From an uncultured bacterium (GTDB lineage Bacteria > SAR324 > NAC60-12): DNA of 64,000 nucleotides. Each line of letters begins with the position of its first letter. Position 1 is the first letter of the stretch. Below, piece after piece: positions 49,151 through 58,913 of the stretch. The position numbers and the translations under genes are program-made. The DNA is taken from assembly GCA_965662235.1 (NCBI GenBank), contig CBFIGY010000015.1:8946-72945 (forward strand), given 5' to 3'. Below the pieces are notes generated by a model, which worked only from the letters and a program-made list of their open reading frames with translations, ran no database searches and was not told where the DNA came from.

Positions 49151-50302
49151 TCAGCTGTAAGGATCGGCGGCATCCCGGAGTCCGTCTCCGAGGATGTTGA
49201 GGGCCAGCACGGTGATGATCACCGCCAGTCCCGGAAGCAGCAGCCACGGCGCCAGCGCAATGGACTGCAGGTTCTGAGCTTCCTGAAGCAGCACCCCCCA
49301 GCTGATGGCCGGAGGCCGGAGGCCCAGTCCGAGGAAGCTGAGGAAGGTCTCGTTGATGATCATGACCGGAATGGCGAGGGTGCTGGTGGCAATGATGTGA
49401 CTGGTGAAGGTGGGCAGCATGTGCCGGAAGATGATGCGCATCTGGCTGCATCCGGCGAGGTGAGCCGCCATGACAAAGTCCTCCTCCCGCATCGAAAGAA
49501 AACGTCCCCGCACCTCTCGCCCCAAGGTGGTCCACCCGAGCAGAGAGAGGATGAGGGTGATGGCAAAGTACGTCTGCTCCACCGTCCAGTCTCGAGGGAG
49601 CGCTGCAGTCAGTGCCATCCAGATGGGAATGGGAGGCAGGGACTGCAGGATCTCAATCAGTCGCTGGATCACGAGGTCGATCCAGCCGCCGTAGTAGCCC
49701 GAAATGCCTCCGAGGAGGATGCCCAGCACAATGCTGAGCAGCACCGAGACCAGTCCAATGGAAAGCGACACCCGGGTGCCATGCATCAAGCGAGACCACT
49801 GATCCCGGCCCAGACGATCTGTTCCCAGCAGGTGAAAGGTCTGACGAGAGCTGAGGGATTCAACTCCAATCAGGTGCCGGTTGGTGGTGAACAGTCCCAG
49901 CACTTCATACTCGTACCCCTGCGCAAACAGCGTCAGTGGAATGATCTTCGATTCATCTGGAACCCACTCCATCTTCAAGGTGGTCCGGTTCCGTTTCCCC
50001 TTCAGCGGAACCGCGTGCAGCTGCAGCTTCCCGTCATGGAAGAGGTGGATGCCCTGCACCGGCATGAAGGACTTCCGGGCGCTGGTCTTGTTGGGGTCCT
50101 GCAGACTGAAGAAGTCTGGAACCAGCGCAATCAGGGCCACAACAATGAGGATCCAGCCACTGATGAGCGCCAGCTTGTGCTTCTTGAAACGCCACCACAC
50201 CAGCTTCCAATTGGGAGCCAGGTCAATGGCCTCTTCCGCCTGAAGCGGTTCTTCGGGACGAGACGCCGAGGGGGGAGGCGAAGGAGAGGACGACACAGTC
50301 AT
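49151..50302 (-). CDS. Opp/Dpp-family ABC permease (OppC-like)
   Basis: LLGTDRLGRD, EAA-like EDFVMAA and ISWGVLL motifs. Confidence 0.92.
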   Translation of the reverse strand: MTVSSSPSPPPSASRPEEPLQAEEAIDLAPNWKLVWWRFKKHKLALISGWILIVVALIALVPDFFSLQDPNKTSARKSFMPVQGIHLFHDGKLQLHAVPLKGKRNRTTLKMEWVPDESKIIPLTLFAQGYEYEVLGLFTTNRHLIGVESLSSRQTFHLLGTDRLGRDQWSRLMHGTRVSLSIGLVSVLLSIVLGILLGGISGYYGGWIDLVIQRLIEILQSLPPIPIWMALTAALPRDWTVEQTYFAITLILSLLGWTTLGREVRGRFLSMREEDFVMAAHLAGCSQMRIIFRHMLPTFTSHIIATSTLAIPVMIINETFLSFLGLGLRPPAISWGVLLQEAQNLQSIALAPWLLLPGLAVIITVLALNILGDGLRDAADPYS

Positions 50303-50324
50303 GAAGCAAGAAGAGTGAAAAAGT

Positions 50325-51815
50325 TCAAAGGGGCATCCCGGCTTGGTGCCAGCCATCGAGGGTGGCGCGACGGCGGCTCCAGGTGTCAGCGGGATACGGG
50401 CGGTCCCAGTTCCGCTGGTGTCCGGGGTGATCAGGAGTCAGGGTCATGTACGGGTACGACTTTTCCTGGTGCCCATCGGTCAGGCCCTGCATCAGGTGCC
50501 GGAAGAGCGCGGCGTCTAGGTCCTGCTGCAGCGGAGCCAGAGCTGGGTCGCCCCAGCGGTTGTGCTGCTCCTGGGGATCGGCTTCTAGGTCGTGCAGCGT
50601 CACCAGTCCATTTTTGTAACGCGAGAGCTTCCAGGAATCCTGCAGGAGCATCGTGCCAACTCCAGTGGCGCCGAGTAGGTGAGTCCGGGATGTTGCCGTG
50701 GCGTCCTGAGGAAGGGGAACCGAGTCCTGCGTGCTGGCAGAAACGCCGGCCTGCTCAAGGAAAGTGGCAAACAGGTCGGTCAGGGACACCAGTGCCTGAG
50801 AGCGTCCGGGCGTGTAGGCCGAGCCGCGGACCAGCAGAGGAATGCGCAGGGACGGTTCATAAAAGAGGGCCTTGCCCACGAGGTCAAAGTCTCCGAGAAA
50901 GTCTCCATGGTCGGAGGCAAAGACAATGAGGGTTTCTCGAGAATCGTCCCGTTGCTCCAACGCCTCCAGAAGGCGTCCCACCTGCTGGTCAATGATCTCA
51001 ATCAGGCCCAAGTAGTGCCGTCGGATGCGAGCCTTGGCTGCTTCAGGAAACTCCCGAAAGTCCGCCTGAGCAGAGCCGGTGAGGTGCGATTGAACGAATC
51101 CGGGGCGGAACTGCTCGGAATCCGCGGTGCCGGGCACAGCTCTGGGGACGTCCCGGTCCTGAACCCGATCCAGCACTTCCTGAGGTGGATTGTATGGGTC
51201 ATGAGGACCGGCAAAAGCCACCCAGAGGAAAAACGGTTCCTCAGCCGGGGCTTGCTGAAGGAAATCCACGGCCCGGTCGCCAATCCAGACGTCCACCTGG
51301 TGTTCCAGAGGAATGGGGCTGATGGACGCCATTCGTCCTTCGCGGTACTCCGGTTCTTCTGGGCCTGCGAGCTTGCGGAGTCCGTGAGTCGCAAGGTAGT
51401 CTGCGTAATCATCCTGAATGTGCAGGTGCCGCTTGTCCTCCGCGATCCAACGGTGCTGAAACCCCTCTGGGCGGTCCCAGGGAATAAAGTGCATCTTGCC
51501 AATGGCCTCTGTATGGTACCCCTGTTGCGCAAGCAGCGTCGCTAGGGTAGGAAGGCCACAGGCATCATGATCGGGCCGGAGCCAGTAGTTGTTGGTCAAT
51601 ACTCCGGTGGAGAGCGCGTTGTGTCCGGTCAGCAATGATGCCCGGGCAGGAATGCAGATCGGGGATGGCGAGTAGGCACGTTCAAAGACCAGACTCTGGG
51701 CTGCCAACCGATCCAGGTGTGGCGTTTGCGCAAAGGAGGCCCCGGCGTACCCCAGAAAGTCGGGACGCAGCTGATCGGGCATCAAGAAGAGGATGTTCGG
51801 AGGCGCCGACGTCAT
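50325..51815 (-). CDS. Cytoplasmic Cys-type formylglycine-dependent sulfatase (S1)
   Basis: PNILFLMPDQ, CIPARASLLTG (CxPxR), GKMH, PHDP and SDHGD motifs; no signal peptide. Confidence 0.92.
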   Translation of the reverse strand: MTSAPPNILFLMPDQLRPDFLGYAGASFAQTPHLDRLAAQSLVFERAYSPSPICIPARASLLTGHNALSTGVLTNNYWLRPDHDACGLPTLATLLAQQGYHTEAIGKMHFIPWDRPEGFQHRWIAEDKRHLHIQDDYADYLATHGLRKLAGPEEPEYREGRMASISPIPLEHQVDVWIGDRAVDFLQQAPAEEPFFLWVAFAGPHDPYNPPQEVLDRVQDRDVPRAVPGTADSEQFRPGFVQSHLTGSAQADFREFPEAAKARIRRHYLGLIEIIDQQVGRLLEALEQRDDSRETLIVFASDHGDFLGDFDLVGKALFYEPSLRIPLLVRGSAYTPGRSQALVSLTDLFATFLEQAGVSASTQDSVPLPQDATATSRTHLLGATGVGTMLLQDSWKLSRYKNGLVTLHDLEADPQEQHNRWGDPALAPLQQDLDAALFRHLMQGLTDGHQEKSYPYMTLTPDHPGHQRNWDRPYPADTWSRRRATLDGWHQAGMPL

Positions 51816-52801
51816 TCATCCTCCAGACGGATCCGGGGGTCCAGCCACGCCAGCAGGATGTCGGAGATCAGGGTTCCGACCACGGCCAGCATCATGTAGA
51901 AGAGGATGATGGTGCCCGCAAGGAACATGTCCTGGCTGATGAGGGCCCGGAGCAGCATCGGCCCGATGGTGGGCAGGTTCATCACCGTAGCGACGATCAC
52001 GCTTCCGGAGAAGATCAAGGGCAGGTACCAGCCGATGGTGCTCACCAGCGGATTCAGAGCCAGCCGAACCGGATACTTGAGGACGAGGCTCCACTCCGAC
52101 ATGCCCTTGGCCCGGGCCATTTCCATGTAAGGCTTCTTCAGCTCGTCCAGCAGGTTGGCCCGCATGACCCGGGCGAGTCGGGCGGTGCCGTCGAGTCCGA
52201 GGATGACCACCGGGAGCCAAAGGTGCTTGAGGAGGTCAATGACCCGCTCTGTGCTCCAGGGGGCGTCGACGTACTCCGCGGAAAAGAGTCCGGTCACACT
52301 GACGCCGTAGTACTTGAACGCGATCCACATCAGCACCAGCGCGGTCATGAAGGTGGGGGTTGCAACCCCGATGTAGTTAAAAATCGTAAAGAAGTAATCC
52401 AGCAACGAGTACTTGCGGGTGGCCGAAAGGATGCCAATGGGAATGGCAATGGCCCAGGTAAACAAGAAGGTCCCGAGCCCGAGCGCCAGGGTCAGCCCCA
52501 TGCGTTCGCCAATCAGCTCGCTGATGGGACGTTGCCAGTCAAGGGAGACGCCGAGGTCTCCGGTCAGCATGCGACTCATCCAGCGGAAGTACTGCATGTA
52601 CATGGGCTGGTCGAGTCCGTAAAGGGCGCGTAGGGCGTCAATCTGAGCCCGTTCCATGGACGATCCGGACGCGGCCAGCTCAGCGATGTAGCTGGTCAGG
52701 AAGTCCCCCGGAGGCGCCTGGATGAGCGCGAAGGCGATGATGGAGAAGATGAGCAGCAGAAACGGCAGCAGCAGGAGCCGCTTGATGATGTAGTACAGCA
52801 T
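51812..52801 (-). CDS. Opp/Dpp-family ABC permease (OppB-like)
   Basis: PPGD, GLDQP, GDLG and ARAKG motifs. Confidence 0.93.
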   Translation of the reverse strand: MLYYIIKRLLLLPFLLLIFSIIAFALIQAPPGDFLTSYIAELAASGSSMERAQIDALRALYGLDQPMYMQYFRWMSRMLTGDLGVSLDWQRPISELIGERMGLTLALGLGTFLFTWAIAIPIGILSATRKYSLLDYFFTIFNYIGVATPTFMTALVLMWIAFKYYGVSVTGLFSAEYVDAPWSTERVIDLLKHLWLPVVILGLDGTARLARVMRANLLDELKKPYMEMARAKGMSEWSLVLKYPVRLALNPLVSTIGWYLPLIFSGSVIVATVMNLPTIGPMLLRALISQDMFLAGTIILFYMMLAVVGTLISDILLAWLDPRIRLEDE

Positions 52802-52820
52802 TCCGGGAAGTGCCCGATGA

Positions 52821-52848
52821 AGAAAACCGGAGCCCCGAAAGGCTCCGG
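52821..52848 (-). terminator. Intra-operon hairpin with U-tract after the binding-protein gene
   Basis: CCGGAGCC/GGCTCCGG 8-bp stem followed by TTTT on the minus strand. Confidence 0.55.
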
Positions 52849-52889
52849 AAGAGGAGGCCCCTTCTGCTCATGAAGAGGCCTGAACGGTG

Positions 52890-54803
52890 TTACTTGGTGA
52901 AGAAGTACTGCTCCAGTCGCGTGTCTCCCGGCGTCCGCAGCGGCCAGTCGTTTCCGGCAACTTCCGGAACGTTCCGGAGGTTGTCGTTGGCGACCAGCAC
53001 CCCTTGGATCATCGGGGTCATGCCGACGGTGCCGATTTCCCAAACGTTGTCCGCCCAGATGCGGAACAGCTCCTGAGCCAGAGCGACCTGTCGGTTGCGC
53101 CCCGAGGTCTTGGCTTCATCAATGATGTCCACCAAGCGCTTGATCTCAGCAGGCGGTGCCTGTCCTTCCTTGCCACCGGACGCGTACCACTTGGCAACAA
53201 GCGGGGCAAAGGTCAGGGCAGGGTCGCTGCGGGGGTCAAACTTCGGCTGTCCGCTGAAGGGGAATCCGGTGGTGTCCTCGTTCCAGATTTCCGCCATCAG
53301 CTCGTTGGCCGGACGCATGGCAAAGTGCTGAGCACGCTCCCGAACCTCAACGTGGGCCTTGACGCCCACCTCTGCCCAGTTTTCCACAATCAGCTGCGCA
53401 ATGTCGGTCCAGGCGCCAAACTGCGGCACCACGCTGATTTCAATGTCCAGTGTCTGACCATTGGGCAGCGTGCGGAAGCCCTGAGCATCCTTGTTGGGCA
53501 GAATGGAGTCGAGGATCTGGTTCGACTGGTTGGGGTTCAACTCCGTGTAGCGGAACGCGTACTCATCCCCCGGATAGTAAGGATGGAACGGAGCCGGAAC
53601 TCCTTGGCGTGACTCGCCCAGGCCAAAGAAGGCGAGTTCCTTGATGGCCTCACGGTCGATGGCGTGTGAGAGGGCGATCCGGAACTGCTTGTTGCGGAAA
53701 AGCTCTCCCTCGGGTCCCTGCCAGGTCTGGTTAAACATCACCACGGCGTCTGAGCCTCCGAACGTCGGCCAGGTGACCACTCGGTAGTTCGCGTTCCCTT
53801 CGTTCTCCTTGAGCACCGGGTAGCTGCTCATGTTGATGTGACGTCCCTGGAAGTCGATCTCTCCAGCCACAGCGGCCAGGTTGAGGGCTTCCTTGTCCGC
53901 GTAGAAGGTGAAGCGGATCTCATCGATGTACGGCAGCTGGTTGCCTTCCGGATCCACGCCAACGAAGTAGGGGTTGCGCTTGATGGTGAACACCTTGTCC
54001 GAGACGGTGGTGCCATCTGGAACCCAGGCAGCCATTCCCGGGCGGTTGCCGCTCAGGTGAGGCAGGGCTTCCACGGCAAACAGTTGCGTCCAGGTATCAA
54101 ACCCGGCGGCCTGCACCTTCTGGTTCAGGTCAGCCTGAGAGGCATACTTGGGGTGGAACTGCTTGAGGTAGTGCTCTGGCACAAACACGAGGTTGCTGAT
54201 CGACTTGTCTGCACCGTCTAGGTTGGCCATGTTCAGCAGGAACGCTGTGTTCGGCTGCTTGAAGGTCCACTTGACAAGGTAGTCGGTGAGCTTCTCAACG
54301 GTGGCAGTGGAGCCGTCGTCGTTCTTCATCCAGCCAACGCCTCCGGGCATCAGCTCGTCATTCAGCAGAATGTCGTTGTACCAGAAGAGGATGTCATCGG
54401 CGGTGAAGGGCTGACCGTCTGACCACTTTGCTCCGGGACGCAGGCGAATGATCCACTCGGTGAAGTCCGCATTGGACTCCCAGCCGGCGGCAATGTGCGG
54501 CACAATCTGGCTGCCGTCCGGGGCATAACGGACCAGAGCGTCGTAGACGGCCCGGGTGTAGTTGTTGTGGTCTCCAGGGCCTAGGAAGGCGCGACGGAGG
54601 GTGCCTCCGTATTCCCCAATCTGATCAACGACGGGAAGCATGAGGGGAATTTCAGGAAGGCGCTCATTCAGCGGAGGCAGGTCGCCGGCCTTGACACGGG
54701 CAGCGAGCTCGGGAGCCTCCCCGGCTGAGGCGCTTCCGGCTCCCAGAAGAGCCGCCAGGCCCAAGGCCCCTAGCGATTTCAGGAGAGGAGAAGTCAGTTT
54801 CAT
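52890..54803 (-). CDS. Family-5 ABC substrate-binding protein (sugar-binding subgroup)
   Basis: Signal peptide; EAPELAARVKAGDLPPLNERLP, KWSDGQPFTADD, GNQLPYID and ALSHAIDR motifs. Confidence 0.92.
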   Translation of the reverse strand: MKLTSPLLKSLGALGLAALLGAGSASAGEAPELAARVKAGDLPPLNERLPEIPLMLPVVDQIGEYGGTLRRAFLGPGDHNNYTRAVYDALVRYAPDGSQIVPHIAAGWESNADFTEWIIRLRPGAKWSDGQPFTADDILFWYNDILLNDELMPGGVGWMKNDDGSTATVEKLTDYLVKWTFKQPNTAFLLNMANLDGADKSISNLVFVPEHYLKQFHPKYASQADLNQKVQAAGFDTWTQLFAVEALPHLSGNRPGMAAWVPDGTTVSDKVFTIKRNPYFVGVDPEGNQLPYIDEIRFTFYADKEALNLAAVAGEIDFQGRHINMSSYPVLKENEGNANYRVVTWPTFGGSDAVVMFNQTWQGPEGELFRNKQFRIALSHAIDREAIKELAFFGLGESRQGVPAPFHPYYPGDEYAFRYTELNPNQSNQILDSILPNKDAQGFRTLPNGQTLDIEISVVPQFGAWTDIAQLIVENWAEVGVKAHVEVRERAQHFAMRPANELMAEIWNEDTTGFPFSGQPKFDPRSDPALTFAPLVAKWYASGGKEGQAPPAEIKRLVDIIDEAKTSGRNRQVALAQELFRIWADNVWEIGTVGMTPMIQGVLVANDNLRNVPEVAGNDWPLRTPGDTRLEQYFFTK

Positions 54804-54929
54804 GTGTTGTCCTTGTTAGGGCTAGAACCAGTTCCAGCGTTGTTGAAACCACGGTTGTCGCACAACCGTCACCACGATTGGAGCCATGCTCCCAGGTCAG
54901 GTCATAGGCATCGTTTTCAGGGTTAGGGT

Positions 54930-55706
54930 TCAGAGAGAAAGTTGCGACGCAGAGTCCGGATCCAGGTAGAGCCGGGCGTGCGAGATGGTCCGGAGGATGG
55001 AGCCCGGATGGGCTTCCGTCACCGGAAGCGTCAGGCAGGCCTTCACGGCCTCAGCCTTGCGGGCTTCCGGGACAATGCAGAGGACGTGCTGAGGAGCCAG
55101 AAGCGCCGGAATGGTCAGGGTGATGGCGTGAGTGGGCACCTCTTCCAGCGAGCTGAAGTGCCCCTCGCCGACCTGCTGCCGGCGGCTGCTTTCGGCTAGG
55201 GCCACAACCTTGACCCAGCTGGGGTCGTCAAACCGAGCGTCCGGGGGATCATTGAAGGCGATGTGGCCATTTTCCCCAAAGCCCATGGCAACGAGGTCCA
55301 CAGGGTACTGCCGCAGGAGGGCTTCGTAGTCCTGACACGCCTGCTCCGCCTGTTCCGGATCCCCCGGGACCGGGTGAAAGTTCCCGGGCTGGACGTGCCG
55401 AATGATGTGTTCCTCAAGAAAAAGCGGGAAGCTGGCGGAGTGCCCATAGGGCAGACCCAGGTACTCATCCATGTGAAAGACCCGGATGCGGGACCAATCG
55501 AGCCCGTCCTGATCCCTCAGCGCATGCAGAAAGGTCAGCTGCGAGTTTCCGGTGGCAAGGATGACGTTGGCGGCTCCTCGGGCGTCTAGGGCGTCACGGA
55601 GGATGCGGAACGCGTCCTGAGCTGCGGCAGCACCCATGGCCGCATTGTCCGCATGCACCTCCACCGGCAGGTGATCAACTTGAAAGGTTTGGACGGGAAC
55701 AGGCAT
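54930..55706 (-). CDS. Glucosamine-6-phosphate deaminase-like (NagB family)
   Basis: LATGNSQ, FHMDEY and GENGHIAFNDP motifs. Confidence 0.82.
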   Translation of the reverse strand: MPVPVQTFQVDHLPVEVHADNAAMGAAAAQDAFRILRDALDARGAANVILATGNSQLTFLHALRDQDGLDWSRIRVFHMDEYLGLPYGHSASFPLFLEEHIIRHVQPGNFHPVPGDPEQAEQACQDYEALLRQYPVDLVAMGFGENGHIAFNDPPDARFDDPSWVKVVALAESSRRQQVGEGHFSSLEEVPTHAITLTIPALLAPQHVLCIVPEARKAEAVKACLTLPVTEAHPGSILRTISHARLYLDPDSASQLSL

Positions 55707-55713
55707 GTTGACG

Positions 55714-56901
55714 TTACTCCGAAAGGGATTCGAGCAGGCGGATCGAGTAGATCAGCGCGCGAGGAAGGTGAAAGGGGTCTTTGACCGGCAGGGTCTTCAG
55801 GTACGGCTCCCGGGGCACCCCGGTCCGGTCTAGGTTGTGAAACCAGTCTCCGTGCGGGTTGGGAAAGTGGGCAAAGGCGTAGTCGTGGACCTTCCAGTAC
55901 CACTCCAAGGCCCACTCCTCGCGAGTGACGTGATAGGCCAGCAGCAGCGCCTGCAGACTTTCGGTGTGCGGCCACCAGATCTTCGCCTGCGGTTCATGCC
56001 AGGCGGGAGGGCCTCCATTCGGGTGACAGGCGAGGAAGAGTCCGCCGTACTCAGAGTCCCAGCCCTTTTCCAGGTGCCAACGGATTGCCTCCATTGCCAG
56101 CTGCTGTCGGTCGCGGTTGCCGTGGTAGCGGTAGATGCGTTCCATGAACCACATGCTCTCAACGGCGTGTCCCGGAATGAACGTCTGGCCGATGTCGCTG
56201 GAATCAAGCGCTCCTCCGGGACGGACGAACTCGTGCAGCAGCTCCTCTTCTGGACGCAGGTGCTGGGTCATGACGCGTTCCGCCAGTTCCAGAGCGCGGG
56301 CCAGCACCTCTTCGTTTCCAGAGACCACCCCGAGCTCATGGAAGACGAGGGCGAACATCATCAACGGTCCATGTGACTGAAAGCCTTCCGGAATTGGGTG
56401 AGGCTGCGTGGGGAAGGAGCCGTGGTCGTCCAGCAGGGGGCTGGCGTGCTGAAACGCTTCCAGCGCCGTCTGCAGGGCACCGGAATCGCCTGTGGCCTGA
56501 GCGTATGCTGTGAGCCCGTAGATGCAGAATCCGTCGACGTAGAGGCTCTGTGGCGCAAGGGCCGGGGTCCCGTCAGCGTGCAGGCTGAAGTACCAATCGC
56601 CGTTTGCGTCACGTCCGTATTGCTGAAGGAAGCGGGCAATCGGATGGGCGAGTTCCAACCATTTGGGGTCGCCATCGTGTTCTGTGAAGAGGGTGCTGAA
56701 GACCCACAGCGCCCGCCCTTGAGACCAGAGGAACTTGTCGGTGGAGACCAGGGTGCCGTCGTCCCGGACGCAGTTGTTCAGGCCTCCGTGCTCCGGGTCG
56801 ATGCAACGGAGCCAGAAGGGCAGCACCTGTTGGTGCAGGTGCTCGTGGTAGAAGTCTCGCAGCTCGGAAAAGTTCATCCGGGTCATGGGCAACGGACTCA
56901 T
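55714..56901 (-). CDS. AGE-family (N-acylglucosamine 2-epimerase-like) epimerase/isomerase
   Basis: LPFW, KFLWSQGR, PGHAVESMWF, KIWWPHTE and FHLPR motifs. Confidence 0.88.
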   Translation of the reverse strand: MSPLPMTRMNFSELRDFYHEHLHQQVLPFWLRCIDPEHGGLNNCVRDDGTLVSTDKFLWSQGRALWVFSTLFTEHDGDPKWLELAHPIARFLQQYGRDANGDWYFSLHADGTPALAPQSLYVDGFCIYGLTAYAQATGDSGALQTALEAFQHASPLLDDHGSFPTQPHPIPEGFQSHGPLMMFALVFHELGVVSGNEEVLARALELAERVMTQHLRPEEELLHEFVRPGGALDSSDIGQTFIPGHAVESMWFMERIYRYHGNRDRQQLAMEAIRWHLEKGWDSEYGGLFLACHPNGGPPAWHEPQAKIWWPHTESLQALLLAYHVTREEWALEWYWKVHDYAFAHFPNPHGDWFHNLDRTGVPREPYLKTLPVKDPFHLPRALIYSIRLLESLSE

Positions 56902-57800
56902 GAGGCTTCAGAGGCGAGGGAGGGGAGTCTGGGGGGAATGCTCCGGTCCTCCTGCTCGCCCATCCAGCCTACGTCACCACTGTCCTGAAAGCGCCGGGCG
57001 CCGACTTCCAGGATCGCAGCATCCGGAACCGGATGCAGGGGAGTGTAGCGGGGATGCCGTGATTCCTTGTAAGGATTGTTCCGGGCGGCGTTGTAGCAGC
57101 AGATCATCGCCCAGCGTGGATGCTCCGAGCGGTTCTGGTCAGAACGGTGGAGGAGGTTGCAGTGAAAGAACAACGTGTCCCCCGGATGCAGCTCGGCATA
57201 GACGCGTTCAAACTGCTGGAGCGCAACCTCAACGCGTTCCAGATCTGCGCCCGCCTGTTCTCCCGTCAGCCCGTGATCCAAGCGCCCAAGGTGATGGGTG
57301 CCCCGAAGCACCTGCAGGCAGCCGTTGGCCTGAGTGGCAGGGTCCACGGCGATCAAGGCGCTGGCCATGAGGGGCTGCAGGCAGCCGTAGTGGTACCAGT
57401 ATCCGTAATCCTGATGCCACTCCCAGGCGCCTCCGACCTTGGGATCCTTGAGGATCATTTTGGAGTGGTAGTGGTAGACCTCGCCTTCCAGCAGTTCTGT
57501 CATCCGCCCCACGAGTCGCTCACTCCGGGCAAACATCCCATAGACGCCCTCACCCGGATGGTTCCAGAGCGACAGCCGGACGGTCCCGCCTTCGGCATCC
57601 TGGCGTCCCTGACTGTGCGCCTCCAGAGCCTGGTCGGTTCGAGCCGTCTGACCAAGCAGCGCGATTTCTTCTGGACTGAAGAGCTGGCGTGCGATCAGGA
57701 AGCCGTCACGCCGGAAAGCCTCACGCTCCGAGTCCGTCCACAGGGACGGAACGGGCGGCTGGGACAGGGGTGCGGGATCGGGGGACATGGGGGGCTCCAT
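56898..57800 (-). CDS. PhyH-family Fe(II)/2-oxoglutarate dioxygenase
   Basis: WHQDYGYW (HxD), NGCL and FFHCNLLHRSDQN...R motifs. The real start is at 57800 or 57788, not the ORF-track start. Confidence 0.88.
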   Translation of the reverse strand: MEPPMSPDPAPLSQPPVPSLWTDSEREAFRRDGFLIARQLFSPEEIALLGQTARTDQALEAHSQGRQDAEGGTVRLSLWNHPGEGVYGMFARSERLVGRMTELLEGEVYHYHSKMILKDPKVGGAWEWHQDYGYWYHYGCLQPLMASALIAVDPATQANGCLQVLRGTHHLGRLDHGLTGEQAGADLERVEVALQQFERVYAELHPGDTLFFHCNLLHRSDQNRSEHPRWAMICCYNAARNNPYKESRHPRYTPLHPVPDAAILEVGARRFQDSGDVGWMGEQEDRSIPPRLPSLASEAS

Positions 57801-57807
57801 GTTGGGT

Positions 57808-58545
57808 TCAATTGACGAAGTACTCCTGAAACTCCTTGCGGACGCGCTGGAGGTCGATGAACACCGTGTTGAGGTGCGAGCGCATGGCCTCAACGGCTTT
57901 GGACTCGTTGCGCTCTCCAATCGCCTGCAAGACCTTGTTGTGCTCCTGAACGATTTCCAGTCGTCGCTCGCGGTAAGGAACCGACAGGCGCCGGACGCGG
58001 TCCATGTGAGACTTGGCACTGTTGGTGATCTTCCAGAGCCGGGCCTTGTACCGGAGTTCGGCAATGGAGCGGTGAAACTGCTCATCAAGCTCAAACAGTT
58101 CCTCAAAGTCTCCCAACTCCACCGCCTGCTCATACTGCTGCACCAGCCGCTCGGTGCGCTGCAGCCAGTCCGGAGAAGCCGTTTGTGCTGCGTAACGGAC
58201 TGTTGCCACTTCCATGGCTTCCCGAATGAACTGGCTCTCGTGTACCGCCTCCACGCTGATGCGGGACACGTAGGTTCCGGCCTGAGGGAAGATTTCCACC
58301 AGACCCTCATCCGCCAAGCGTAACAGCGCCTCGCGAATCGGGGTCCGGGAGACCTCCATCTGCTCACTCAACTCCCGCTCCTTGAGAATCTGTCCGGGCT
58401 TGAACTTGACCGAGACGATCGCTTGGTGCAGCAGCGCGTTGATCTGGGGCGCAATGGAGGCGCGGCGATCAATCTTGAAATCGAAGGCTTGGAATTCCGT
58501 CACACAACTGACTTCTTTGACATGCTCCAAGATAGCTCGGGCCAA
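57808..58545 (-). CDS. GntR/FCD family transcriptional regulator (RspR-like)
   Basis: VSRTPIREAL HTH; FCD domain D.QFH and EH motifs. The start may be the GTG at 58503. Confidence 0.92.
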   Translation of the reverse strand: MARAILEHVKEVSCVTEFQAFDFKIDRRASIAPQINALLHQAIVSVKFKPGQILKERELSEQMEVSRTPIREALLRLADEGLVEIFPQAGTYVSRISVEAVHESQFIREAMEVATVRYAAQTASPDWLQRTERLVQQYEQAVELGDFEELFELDEQFHRSIAELRYKARLWKITNSAKSHMDRVRRLSVPYRERRLEIVQEHNKVLQAIGERNESKAVEAMRSHLNTVFIDLQRVRKEFQEYFVN

Positions 58546-58588
58546 CTCCCCAAGCGCTCCCTGTTTCCAGAGAGGTCCAATTGAAACT

Positions 58589-58600
58589 TTAATATATTAA
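58589..58600. promoter_or_regulatory. Putative GntR operator 1
   Basis: Perfect palindrome TTAATATATTAA in a GC-rich context, upstream of gntR. Confidence 0.65.
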
Positions 58601-58735
58601 CGTTCTTCCAAGTGTCAACAGGAAAACCAACAGGAGGAATCAGACAGGGCGTGGAGCGGCTCAGGAGGGCAGGAGGGACAGATCGAGGGAGGGAAAACTC
58701 ACCGAAAGGGGCGCCTGGAAGTGAGTTTGGCCTTG

Positions 58736-58745
58736 TAATATATTA
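58736..58745. promoter_or_regulatory. Putative GntR operator 2
   Basis: Second copy of the palindrome TAATATATTA, upstream of manD. Confidence 0.65.
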
Positions 58746-58913
58746 GTGTTGGCGTAGAGTGAATCGCTCAGGGGGGCAATACGCTCCACGGCCCAGCGGT
58801 TGGTGGCTGCAATAACGACCGCCAGTTTCTCATATTTCTCTCCGTTGTCGATGCGGGGGGCAGTTCTGCTTCCCGCATCACTCGACTCACATCCTCAGCA
58901 AAAACGGATCAGC

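Noticed and set aside
56898..57800. Ectoine hydroxylase EctD
   Set aside because: It lacks the EctD signature WHSDFETWH, and there are no ect genes nearby.
57801..58367. Apparent long N-terminal extension of the PhyH ORF, suggesting a GntR-dioxygenase fusion or frameshift
   Set aside because: The extension overlaps gntR in another frame and looks non-coding. gntR has its own stop at 57808 and PhyH has ATGs at 57800 and 57788.
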